Part shown: positions 20,265 through 29,530 of the stretch, one piece after another | Layout: the number at the start of each line of letters is the position of its first letter | How positions within the stretch are numbered: position 1 is the first letter of the stretch | DNA from: Thermoplasmata archaeon | GTDB taxonomy: Archaea > Thermoplasmatota > Thermoplasmata > Thermoplasmatales > GCA-001856825 | DNA length: 64,000 nt | Assembly: GCA_021792255.1 (NCBI GenBank) | Contig: JAJYUZ010000003.1 | Span: 192,001 to 256,000 of the forward strand | Reading direction: 5' to 3' | The notes under the pieces: model-generated | Told to the model about the DNA's origin: nothing | The model's input: only the letters and a program-made list of their open reading frames with translations | The model's database searches: none | Translations under genes and position numbers: made by a program

Positions 20265-20349
20265 GCGGGGGTTGCCGAGCTTGGCCAAAGGCGACAGACT
20301 CAAGATCTGTTCCTATAGGGGTTCGCCGGTTCAAATCCGGCCCTCCGCA
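20265..20349 (+). tRNA. tRNA-Leu(CAA)
   Basis: Acceptor GCGGGGG/CCTCCGC, anticodon arm ACAGA-CTCAAGA-TCTGT, long variable arm, T arm GCCGG-TTCAAAT-CCGGC; CCA not encoded. Confidence 0.95.
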
Positions 20350-20701
20350 TTCTCTTGGGTGTGCTATCTGCTACTGTAAATATTTCCCCTTTTGAATATA
20401 AATACCCTTCGTTTTCCTTAGATTGTAGCTTGTGATGTCAATATGTAAACTTGTCCGTTTTCGAAATTGTAGCGTTTAAGAGATGACTAACAAAAAAGAA
20501 CTTAGAATAGAAAATACAAAAATTACTTGACCACTCTTTGCAAGCCATTTGAGTTTCTAAGCAAATCCAATATCATCCAAGGATTCTAGTCACCTACTAT
20601 TACAAATTTAAATTGAATCTCTCAGCCTTAATGAATTGAGAGCTTTCTAACGAAACTAAAAAAATTAATTAAAAAAAAAGATATTGATCATTGTTGCAGT
20701 T

Positions 20702-21269
20702 CTAAGATTTTTCTGGCAAGTAGTGTACTTTCCCAGTCTCATGAAACATATACTTATAAGAAAGGGCACCGAGAGAGCCACCAAGTATGGGCGCGACCCA
20801 ATAGATCCACTGATAATACTGACCCTTGAGGAGTATTCCAGATAAGACGGCCGGTCCAAACGACCGAGCTGGATTAATTGATCCACCGCTCACGGTCGCA
20901 AGCAGGAATATCATTATGGTGACGTATATACCAATAACGATTGATATAATGGCTGTATTGGTAGTTCTTGAAGTGACTCCCATAATTGTCCAAAGGAAGA
21001 AAAACGTCATTATGAACTCACCAAAGAATGCTACCCACGGACCCCTTATCCCGGGAATAGTTGCACCAAACTGAACAAGATTTGCAGTGTTATATCCATA
21101 AAATACTGCAACAGTCGCAGAAGCCAAGACAGCACCGATAAGCTGTGATACGATGTACGGAATAACGTGCTTGCCTGGGAATCTTCCGGCCAAATAGAGT
21201 GATACCGTCACAGCCGGATTAACGTGACCGCCTGATATGTTTGCTACGGCCATAATTGCTATGGCTATA
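20702..21269 (-). pseudogene. Aquaporin (MIP family), 3' part, interrupted by IS607
   Basis: ISGGHVNPAVT and GGSINPARSFGPA (both NPA motifs), WIYWVAPILG; the N-terminus is displaced to 23156-23310. Confidence 0.9.
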
Positions 21270-21283
21270 CCGTTCTCAAAACA

Positions 21284-22519
21284 TTATGCATTGTTGTGCA
21301 TAATATCGTTCGAAGCGTATACCATCTCGGTCCCTCCTGCTCCCGCAATATCAGGTTTATTGCGGGTGTGAAGGTATTCATCCATCACCGATGGTAAAGA
21401 GGCTATCGCACTCACGGTGAACGGGTCTCCGCACAGGTAGAGGCCACGGAGGGTTATTGCCAGTGATGACAACCTGTCCCTGTCGTAGTCCTTACCACAG
21501 TTTTCGCATCTGGATATCTTCCAGGTAGGGTGCTTCAGTCTTCCACCACAAACGGGACATTCAGAAGAAGTCCCTCCCGGATTCACGTATAGGGTCTTGT
21601 ATTTACTCTTGTATTCTATCATCCTCTGGAACTGGGAATAGGGCCACCTGTTCAGATATGTTCTCATCTTCTTTGATTGTGGTCTTGAAGTTTTTCTTAT
21701 GTTCCTCAGGTCTTCAAGGACGAACGATGAGTCTTGGTGTTCTTTTACTATGGAAGAGGAGAGCTTGTGAAGGGCGTCGTTGATGCGTTTCCTCTGCCTT
21801 CCCCTAGTCTGCTTGAGTTTCACGATCCTCTTCCTCTTATTCCTTATGTGCTTCTGTAGTTTCCTTCTCCTCCTCGAGAAGTCGTTCTGTATTCCGACTA
21901 TGTTAGAGGTTGATTTTCTTATGACCTCCCTTATGCCTTTGTCATAGACCGTACCAATTGTGTTGGAGAAGTTCAGGTCCATTCCGATCTTCCTATTTGA
22001 TATCTCCCTGCTGTCGGGAATGGAGAAAGAGAGTGATATGACTCTGTCAGTGATGAGAACTTCTCCTATCCTGTGCTTCGAATACTCTTCCCACTTCTTA
22101 TTCTTGGTGTTGATTGGGATGAATTCGTATTCACCTGGCCTAATTGTTACCCTTATGCTACCGTCAACGATCTTCACAAGCTCTGAATCGAGTCTGATAG
22201 CGAGCCTGTTGACTTGAGGGTATTTCTTGTCACGATTGTTCTTTCTGAAGGATCGGAGAATGGCCGTGGAAGATCTGCACACCGGGTTGATGTGGTGCTT
22301 CGCATAGCCGTAATTGGAATCAAACCACGACTTCATCTCCCTCCTCAGGTCTATGGGGGAGGGTATAGTGCCATTATCCTTCCAGTGCAGGTAAGATTTC
22401 GTCACCCCATACCTAATGGCATCCCTCATGTCGCTGAGGTAATGCATTATGGCGGGTGAAGGTTCGTAGTACCACCATACCGTCCTCTTTGAACCAGAAG
22501 ACTTCCAGGGATGGGTCAA
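21284..22519 (-). CDS. tnpB: TnpB RNA-guided endonuclease
   Basis: RuvC-I GMDLN, RuvC-II VLEDL, Zn finger CPVCG...CENCG, RuvC-III DRD. Confidence 0.92.
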   Translation of the reverse strand: MTHPWKSSGSKRTVWWYYEPSPAIMHYLSDMRDAIRYGVTKSYLHWKDNGTIPSPIDLRREMKSWFDSNYGYAKHHINPVCRSSTAILRSFRKNNRDKKYPQVNRLAIRLDSELVKIVDGSIRVTIRPGEYEFIPINTKNKKWEEYSKHRIGEVLITDRVISLSFSIPDSREISNRKIGMDLNFSNTIGTVYDKGIREVIRKSTSNIVGIQNDFSRRRRKLQKHIRNKRKRIVKLKQTRGRQRKRINDALHKLSSSIVKEHQDSSFVLEDLRNIRKTSRPQSKKMRTYLNRWPYSQFQRMIEYKSKYKTLYVNPGGTSSECPVCGGRLKHPTWKISRCENCGKDYDRDRLSSLAITLRGLYLCGDPFTVSAIASLPSVMDEYLHTRNKPDIAGAGGTEMVYASNDIMHNNA

Positions 22520-23100
22520 GACTTCACCTCGTCCAATATCCTCTTCATCTTGTGGGATCTCAACCCGTACAACCTTGCGGAAAAGGATGTTATGACGGAT
22601 ATCAGGTCTTTCTTGAGCTCTTCATTCGCTGAAAGAATTTCCTCGCCATCTATTTCAATTATTTCCGTTCCATGAATTTCACACACCCTTTCTACGAGAT
22701 CGAAGCCGAAACGCGCCAGCCTGTCCTTGTGAGTTATGTAAATGGTTGAAACCTTATCGTTCTCGATCATGTCCAAGAGACTCAGGAAACCCTTGCGTCC
22801 AAACTTCATACCGCTTCTAACATCTGAAAAAACTTCCGATTCCCTTGAGAATTCCCTGAGCCTCTTTATCTGGGTGACGAGGTCTCCCTTCTGGTCGTTC
22901 GAGGAAACTCTTGCATAGATGTACGATTTCCTGTCTTTTTTCTTACCCAGGATCCTGTCTATTTCGCTCTCGGGTATCCTTCTGTATCTGTTCTGGAGCC
23001 TCACGCACCTGATCTTCCCTTCGTTGTCCCATCTCCGGAGTGTAAATGGGTTGACGCTTAACATCTCACTAGCCTCCCTGATTGTGTAGAGTTTTTCCAT
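22516..23100 (-). CDS. tnpA: IS607 serine transposase
   Basis: N-terminal MerR-like HTH (TLRRWDNEGKI), catalytic YARVSS, DRLARFGF, FSARLYGLRS. Confidence 0.95.
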   Translation of the reverse strand: MEKLYTIREASEMLSVNPFTLRRWDNEGKIRCVRLQNRYRRIPESEIDRILGKKKDRKSYIYARVSSNDQKGDLVTQIKRLREFSRESEVFSDVRSGMKFGRKGFLSLLDMIENDKVSTIYITHKDRLARFGFDLVERVCEIHGTEIIEIDGEEILSANEELKKDLISVITSFSARLYGLRSHKMKRILDEVKS

Positions 23101-23155
23101 TGTGACAGTATAGTATTGCATAAAAGAGTATAAAGATTGCGATTAACGGTTAAAC

Positions 23156-23310
23156 CCCAGACCAAAGGTTGTTGCCAGGTAAAACAGGGTGGACGAATTC
23201 AGTGTTGTTTGAAATACAGCAATAAATGCTACGATGCTTCCGGGACCAAATAAGACAAAAATATAGGTACCTATCAATTCTGCTATGGATTTTCTTAATA
23301 AATTTTCCAA
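23156..23310 (-). pseudogene. Aquaporin 5' part (MENLLRKSIAELIGTYIFVLFGPGS...TTFGLG)
   Basis: Manual minus-strand translation from TTG 23310 gives the MIP TM1 motif AELIGT; not in the ORF track. Confidence 0.88.
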
Positions 23311-23440
23311 GGGCCGGGATTTTTTGTAATTATATAAATCCTTGCGACTAAAAACAGGCTCTATGACATTATCGCGACAGTTCTTTGTGCGGGTGTCGTA
23401 GTTAGAACAGTTTATATAGACTCATTCTGTTTTACCTTCA

Positions 23441-23965
23441 ATGAACACTGAAGATAATTTGGGGGTTCTCATCGCCTCCTCAAGAAAAATTTCAGACAAT
23501 GGTTCTCTAGTGATCTATAACCTCACAAATGGAATCGATTTTTCCGATCCTAGAAAGGTCGCAGACGCCCTTGCAACAGTCTTCTTTGAGAAGGACGCAT
23601 CCAAATGGTTCAAGACAGAGGGAGATCATGTAGAGTTCAATCCAACGTACAAGGTTAGAATTCTCTTGGCGGAGGAACACAATAAACTTCTAGGTAAGAC
23701 CGTGACGGATTTTCTTGAAGATCTCAAGAGCAAGGAACTGAATCTGAAGTTTTCAAAACAAATTAAGGATATTTCGACCAATGAAGAAAAACTCAGGACG
23801 GTCGTAGGATTAGCTGCAATTGGCGCTTTCTTCAATAGACCATTCGAAAAGAAGGACGATAAGTTAGAGATTGAGGATCAACTTTTCACCGAACTGCTTG
23901 GATCAATGGAGATAAGGACGCCAGACAACTCGGATCTGATTGACTGGGAAAATCTTCCTATATGA
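23441..23965 (+). CDS. Hypothetical protein
   Basis: 174-aa ATG-start ORF with TTTATATA about 30 nt upstream. Confidence 0.65.
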   Translation: MNTEDNLGVLIASSRKISDNGSLVIYNLTNGIDFSDPRKVADALATVFFEKDASKWFKTEGDHVEFNPTYKVRILLAEEHNKLLGKTVTDFLEDLKSKELNLKFSKQIKDISTNEEKLRTVVGLAAIGAFFNRPFEKKDDKLEIEDQLFTELLGSMEIRTPDNSDLIDWENLPI

Positions 23966-24310
23966 AACCTTAGAGAATTCAATGCTGCTCTGAGGACAGT
24001 CTTTGTTCTCGCTGGTCGGACCATACAGCAAATGGATACGCCACATTTTTCTATCTCAACTTCAAAGATCTCACGGGAAGCATTGGATTATTGTCTACTT
24101 GACCTTCTCATCGCGCGAGGCGGATTTGCTTGGTATGTTTCCTCAAAATTGGAAGCGAGGCCCCGTCACTGACCGACCTCAAAAGTATGAATGTCAAGTG
24201 AGTTAATTTTGGAACAGTGGCTGGTTATGTAACTGCTTTAGAAGATATCTTGCGATATATGGAAAGAAGGAAGAACTGATCTGTCACTGGATTGAGAAGA
24301 TACTTTGGTG

Positions 24311-25303
24311 TCAGGTTCTTTCCAGTTTGAGCTTCCTGAGAGCAATTTCTTCATTTATCTGCTTCATCTGCTTCTCAGCCCTCTTGTGTGCGTCCATCAG
24401 CTCTTTGAGGGATTTCAAGTAGGCTAGTTTGTCTCTTACGTAGGCTGTTCTCTCGTTCAAGTATTCGTCAATGGTAACTCCGTCTTCCTTGACAGTATCG
24501 AGAATTTTTTCCATTGTAGGAACGGTCAGTCCGAGATTCATTAGTTCCTCAAAGTACCTTGAGATTTTGAGAAACTGATCGATGCTTAAGTCTCTCTTTC
24601 CGATCAGAGCAATCTGTGCTGAAATCTCTTGTATTTTAGCAACATCATAGTTAGAGTGCTTTAGACCCTCTATGACGTTCTTTATTGCGTTTTCGTCTTC
24701 CGATTCTCTGGGGAGTTCCCGTTTCAGGTAATTAGAAAATGCTAGTTGCCTTGAAAAGTTCTTGCCCTGTTCTTCTATGCTCTCTAGCTCATTTCTTACT
24801 TTTGATAATCTCTCACTCAATTCCAAATTCTGAATTTCCTTGCTCTTAATCTCCCTATTCAACTCTTTACCCCTTTCGACCATTTCTTCTATTGCCTTGG
24901 GAATTTCAACGTAGTCTATGTTATCGTACTTTGCCAGCTTCATCATCTTTTCAGCCGTTTTCACAAATTGGTCTCTCTTTTCTTCGCTCAGCGAATAAAT
25001 TTTGTTGACTATTCCGATGATCTTTTCCCTGTCCTTGTCTTTGAAAATGCCATAATATTGATACCCTTCAACTAAGTCGTGCGGCGTAATTTCCTTATCT
25101 CTAATGAGAAATGCTAGTTCCTTGAGCTCCTTTGCAATGTCGTTTCCCAAGTCCATATTGATGTACCCTTGTCTCCATTCTTCTATCACCTCCTCTACAG
25201 TACTCAGCGATATTTTCTCTTCAAGTGAAATGTCTTCTAACTTCCTGCCATTTATGAACTTGACTATAACTCTATTTTGAGCTTTGATCGGAACTGAACT
25301 CAT
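24311..25303 (-). CDS. Hypothetical protein, N-terminal HTH-like region plus long coiled coil
   Basis: GRKLEDISLEEKISLSTVEEVIEEW is HTH-like; E/K-rich heptads follow. Confidence 0.6.
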   Translation of the reverse strand: MSSVPIKAQNRVIVKFINGRKLEDISLEEKISLSTVEEVIEEWRQGYINMDLGNDIAKELKELAFLIRDKEITPHDLVEGYQYYGIFKDKDREKIIGIVNKIYSLSEEKRDQFVKTAEKMMKLAKYDNIDYVEIPKAIEEMVERGKELNREIKSKEIQNLELSERLSKVRNELESIEEQGKNFSRQLAFSNYLKRELPRESEDENAIKNVIEGLKHSNYDVAKIQEISAQIALIGKRDLSIDQFLKISRYFEELMNLGLTVPTMEKILDTVKEDGVTIDEYLNERTAYVRDKLAYLKSLKELMDAHKRAEKQMKQINEEIALRKLKLERT

Positions 25304-25441
25304 CTAGGTTTCAAGGAAAATCCAATATTTAACTGTTTTTTTAATCCCTTATCCTGTTTAACTGTGATGAAGATTTCCCCTTCATTTTTGGCCTTATCCG
25401 AAGAAATTATATCTCTAGAATCTTCTAAGATTGGTAGGTTA

Positions 25442-26062
25442 ATGGAAATTGATAGGCTGATAGTTGGACCTTTGCGAACCAACTGTTACATACTTAGCGA
25501 AGGAAGAGACTGTATCGTGATAGATCCAGGAGGAGATCACGACATTATTATAGGACATCTGCAGAAGAAGAATCTTACGCCTACAAAGATACTTGCAACC
25601 CACGGACACTTTGATCACATTCTATCAGTTTCTGCAATCAAGTTGAAATTTGACATACCTTTTTTTGTTTCCAAAAAGGATGAGCCAATCATAGAAGGAT
25701 TTAGGAAGTTCGTCAAGACTTATTTCGGTATGGATCCTGGAGATCCTCCAGTCCCAGACAAGGATATCAACAACGAAGATATCTTTAGGATTGGCAGCAA
25801 GTCCCTAAAGGCCGTTGAGAACCCTGGCCATACGCCTGGAAGCCATTCGTTTATGGTAGATAACGCAATGTTTTCAGGAGACTTCGTTTTCAATGGATCT
25901 ATAGGCAGAACCGATTTTGGAGGTTCGTACAGTGAAATGTCGAACAGTATCCGAAGCCTTAAGAAACTAGAGGGCGACGTGAACATCTATCCGGGCCATG
26001 GAGAGTTTACCACATTAGAGGACGAAAAAAATAATAATCCGTTTTTCAAGGAAATATTCTGA
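25442..26062 (+). CDS. MBL-fold metallo-hydrolase (glyoxalase II-like)
   Basis: THGHFDH, PGHTPGS, FSGD, IGRTD, PGHG. Confidence 0.92.
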   Translation: MEIDRLIVGPLRTNCYILSEGRDCIVIDPGGDHDIIIGHLQKKNLTPTKILATHGHFDHILSVSAIKLKFDIPFFVSKKDEPIIEGFRKFVKTYFGMDPGDPPVPDKDINNEDIFRIGSKSLKAVENPGHTPGSHSFMVDNAMFSGDFVFNGSIGRTDFGGSYSEMSNSIRSLKKLEGDVNIYPGHGEFTTLEDEKNNNPFFKEIF

Positions 26063-26108
26063 TCTTCAACGGTCGCAGAAGCTTTGAAGGTTGATTTCCA
26101 CGACGTAA

Positions 26109-26375
26109 TCACCGTAACAGATCTGCGACACTAATCGATTTTTTGTCTTTTAGGATAACAACGGTGTCATCATACTCAGAGTCTATAGCCATATTTCTCC
26201 CCTTTCCCGTGACGATGAGAAAGAAAGATTTCTTTTCCTTCCCACCGAGTACTACTCTGAACTTGTTCGAAATTTTACCCCCAGATTCGTAACCATAAAC
26301 GACAAATTCCCCAGAATCGAGGTAAACTCTTTTTTCTGTGATCCCTTTCTTTGTCACAGTTTCGTATTCTTCCAT
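26109..26375 (-). CDS. Small hypothetical protein
   Basis: 88-aa ATG-start ORF filling the gap, protein-like composition. Confidence 0.55.
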   Translation of the reverse strand: MEEYETVTKKGITEKRVYLDSGEFVVYGYESGGKISNKFRVVLGGKEKKSFFLIVTGKGRNMAIDSEYDDTVVILKDKKSISVADLLR

Positions 26376-26481
26376 AGAGAGAATAGGAACCTAGAGTTAT
26401 AATAGTGTTCTTGATAAAAATTAAGATTTCTAATTACTTGGGGCAACAAAATTTTTTTATGGAAGTTTCATTGTTACAATT

Positions 26482-26745
26482 ATGAGAATTGTAACTCACG
26501 AAAGATCCGGACCGTACAAAATGAAAGTGAGAGACTTACCCGGAGCAGAAAAGCTTGACCCTAATTCAAAGCTACTAGATCTCCCACTAGAATTTTGTGG
26601 ATGCGGACTTTCCCGCGATAAACCGTTTTGTGACGATAGTCACAGAATAACTAGAGATGAAGAACCCGGCAAAATATATGTCTATAGTGAAAGCAAAGAA
26701 AGAATAATCTCTGGTAAATTTTATAGGTCGGAAGACAAAATCTGA
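26482..26745 (+). CDS. CDGSH iron-sulfur domain protein
   Basis: CGCGLSRDKPFCDDSH. Confidence 0.9.
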   Translation: MRIVTHERSGPYKMKVRDLPGAEKLDPNSKLLDLPLEFCGCGLSRDKPFCDDSHRITRDEEPGKIYVYSESKERIISGKFYRSEDKI

Positions 26746-26824
26746 ACGATTCTCTTTCGATGTAAGTTAGCCCTTTTTCTTCCATACTAAGTATTTTTTA
26801 TATACTTAAGTCTCATTTAGTATT

Positions 26825-27718
26825 ATGAACAGTAATTTAGGAAACAATAATGGCTTAGTGGCCCCTATCCTCATTCTCAAAGGAAAAGAGGTTCGAGATG
26901 GCGCGGGAGTAAAGTTGTCGAGACTGTTTGGCTCCCCCAGAACTTATGAATTCACGGATCCTTTCCTTCTTTTGGACTATTTTGGTTCGGATCGGCCTGA
27001 AGACTACTTGAATGGATTTCCCTGGCACCCTCATAGAGGAATAGAAACACTGACTTATTTGCTCAAGGGGAAGGTGGAACACGAAGACAGTATGGGAAAC
27101 AAGGGAGTGATCCATCCCGGCGAGATCCAATGGATGACTGCCGGGAGTGGAATATTTCACCAAGAAATGCCCAGTTCCTTTGGGCAAAATAATGATATGC
27201 TTGGATTCCAGCTCTGGATTAATCTTAGGAAGAACGACAAATTTGCAAAACCTACCTATAGGAGCATAGACGTGAATCATCTAAACAAGATACAATCAGA
27301 GAAAAAGGAAATAAAGGTAATATCGGGAAGCATCTTGGGTGCAGACAACCCATCTATGGAAAAGCACAGTCTAGACGTGAGCTATTTTGATGTATCCTCC
27401 AATGGTGGAATTCTTGAAATATCAAAGCAAGAAGGGTTCACATCTATGGTCATCCCGCTAGAAGGTAATTTAACTGCAAACGGTGCATCATTAAACAAGC
27501 TAGAAGTGGCTGTTTTCGGAACTAATGAGGGAATCATCAAGATAGAGGGCAAACAGAGGCATCGCTATATTTACATTTCGGGAAGAAGGACAAATGATAA
27601 GATAAGTTGGTACGGGCCAATAGTGATGAACGAGTGGAACCAAATAGAGGATTCTTTTAGAGAGCTTCAGAATGGCACCTTCATAAAAGATAAGAGTCCG
27701 AACTTTAGCTCATTCTGA
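26825..27718 (+). CDS. Pirin family protein
   Basis: DPFLLLD, GFPWHPHRGIET, QWMTAGSGIFHQE, GPIVMN. Confidence 0.93.
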   Translation: MNSNLGNNNGLVAPILILKGKEVRDGAGVKLSRLFGSPRTYEFTDPFLLLDYFGSDRPEDYLNGFPWHPHRGIETLTYLLKGKVEHEDSMGNKGVIHPGEIQWMTAGSGIFHQEMPSSFGQNNDMLGFQLWINLRKNDKFAKPTYRSIDVNHLNKIQSEKKEIKVISGSILGADNPSMEKHSLDVSYFDVSSNGGILEISKQEGFTSMVIPLEGNLTANGASLNKLEVAVFGTNEGIIKIEGKQRHRYIYISGRRTNDKISWYGPIVMNEWNQIEDSFRELQNGTFIKDKSPNFSSF

Positions 27719-27782
27719 ATTGAAAGGCATGTAGTTACCAGTGTAAGATAAGTCATATTTAGTCCATCGTTATCAATTCGCA

Positions 27783-28706
27783 ATGAAACTCCTCGTTCCG
27801 TTCAAACTGGATGAAAAGTACAGGAAATTAGGAATTGAAATTCTCGGAAAAGAAAATATCATTTGGTTTCCTGAGACGGGAGACGCAGAGATCATTCTGA
27901 TAAAGGACAACGATTTTCCAAGGGACAGGAATTTCAAATTCATACAAACAATAAGCGCTGGAACAGATCATATAGACATGAGTGGTGTATCTGAAGGAAC
28001 CATAATAGCTAGCAATGCTACTGCATATTCTATATCGGTTGCCGAGCATGCCTTCGCCTTATTGCTAGAGAGGTCGAAGAGGATTTCTGTGTTTAACGAT
28101 GAGACAAAGAGAGGACTCTATGCTCCAAAACCGACGAAACTTCTCTATGGGAAGACCATCGGAATAATCGGTTATGGGGGGATTGGTAGCAGAGCAGCCT
28201 CCATAGCAAAATCGTTTGGCATGAAAGTAATAGCGGTCGGTAGAAGTTACAGAGACGGAAACTCTGATAAATTCCTCAGGATGGATGAACTCGATGTATT
28301 ACTTCAAGAGTCAGACTTTATTCTAATTTCAATTCCGTTGACCAGTAAGACAGCCAGCCTCATAGGAGAGGTACAATTGAAAGCGGTGAAGAGAGATTGC
28401 ACTATCATCAATGTTGCACGACCAGAGATAGTCAGAAAAGAAGACCTACTAAAGTTCCTGGAAGATAATAAGGAGGCATCGTACCTGACTGATGTTTGGT
28501 GGGGAGAACCCAAGCTAGAAGTTTCTAATCACGAGAATATCGTGATAACTCCTCATGTCGCTGGCGGTTTATCAGGAGAAGTCATGGAGCACGCCTTCGG
28601 ACAAGCATTTGAAAACATCAAGAGATTTATGGAAGGACAGGAACCGCACAACTTGGTTAATAGAAAAGAGAGCATTTTCGTTGGCAGACAAAAAATTGGA
28701 GTTTAG
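27783..28706 (+). CDS. D-isomer-specific 2-hydroxyacid dehydrogenase
   Basis: SVAEHA, GIIGYGGIG, INVAR, DVWWGEP, TPHVAG. Confidence 0.9.
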   Translation: MKLLVPFKLDEKYRKLGIEILGKENIIWFPETGDAEIILIKDNDFPRDRNFKFIQTISAGTDHIDMSGVSEGTIIASNATAYSISVAEHAFALLLERSKRISVFNDETKRGLYAPKPTKLLYGKTIGIIGYGGIGSRAASIAKSFGMKVIAVGRSYRDGNSDKFLRMDELDVLLQESDFILISIPLTSKTASLIGEVQLKAVKRDCTIINVARPEIVRKEDLLKFLEDNKEASYLTDVWWGEPKLEVSNHENIVITPHVAGGLSGEVMEHAFGQAFENIKRFMEGQEPHNLVNRKESIFVGRQKIGV

Positions 28707-28785
28707 ATATCAATTCGATAATTTTAGGAAAAGATATCGTATCCCGATAAGAGAAAATCCTTTAAGTCCGTCGAACTGAAGAATT

Positions 28786-29430
28786 ATGTCTTCTGGAGAT
28801 ATAACCAAAATCAAGAGGCACCCCGAACGAGCTCATTCTGAAAAAGAGACTCTTCTGGACATCCTTAACAATGGTTTTGCCTGTCAGGTGGCATTTCAAG
28901 TAGATGGACAACCCTTTATAATTCCTATGACCTATTATAACAATTCTGAGTACATCTACATCCACGGAAGCCCTGTTGCGAGAATTTCCGATACACTTAG
29001 AAACAAGACTCCAGTTGCCATATCCGTTCTAGAATTGAATGGGCTCGTGCTTGCAAAGGGACTCGCAGACAATTCAATGAACTACAGGTCGGCTATTGTC
29101 TTTGGGAAACCAGAAGAAGTCGTTGGAGACGAAGAAAAACTCTCCTTCTTCATAGAGTGGATAGAAAGACTCGTTCCAGGGAGGAAGGAAAATACTGAGC
29201 TGCCCAACAAGGATGAGCTGAGAGGTGTTTCTGTATTCAGGGTAAAGTTAGAGCAATTTTCTGTGAAAATAAGAACTGGAGGACCATCGGAAGTTAAACG
29301 AAATCCTGAAATATGGTCGGGTGTGGTGCCCTTCTCAATAAAATTATCGAACCCAGAATTTGCTTCTGGGACTCAAATTCCTGACTACGTGAAGAGATTT
29401 ATAGACATTAGAAACGGAGAAAAGAAGTAG
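28786..29430 (+). CDS. Pyridoxamine 5'-phosphate oxidase-like FMN-binding protein
   Basis: QPFIIPM, IYIHGS, SMNYRSAIVFG, SVKIRTGGP. Confidence 0.88.
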   Translation: MSSGDITKIKRHPERAHSEKETLLDILNNGFACQVAFQVDGQPFIIPMTYYNNSEYIYIHGSPVARISDTLRNKTPVAISVLELNGLVLAKGLADNSMNYRSAIVFGKPEEVVGDEEKLSFFIEWIERLVPGRKENTELPNKDELRGVSVFRVKLEQFSVKIRTGGPSEVKRNPEIWSGVVPFSIKLSNPEFASGTQIPDYVKRFIDIRNGEKK

Positions 29431-29530
29431 AAAATACAATTTAAAAGGAATTTAGAGAACTCTAATCCGTAGTACGATCAGGAATAGTCTAGGTTTAATT
29501 TACCTAGTTTCATTTGGTTTCTTCGCAAGC

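Larger units (their letters stand above)
21270..23155 (-). mobile_element. IS607-family insertion sequence (tnpA + tnpB), 1886 bp
   Basis: Ends defined by rejoining the aquaporin frame: minus strand ctgGG|gtttaacc...gagaacGG|tatagcc gives FGLGIAIAIM; no terminal inverted repeats, GG core at both junctions. Confidence 0.92.

Noticed and set aside
23101-23155. IStron (group I intron fused to IS607) that could splice out and rescue the aquaporin
   Set aside because: Only about 55 nt separate the left end from the tnpA ATG, leaving no room for a group I intron core
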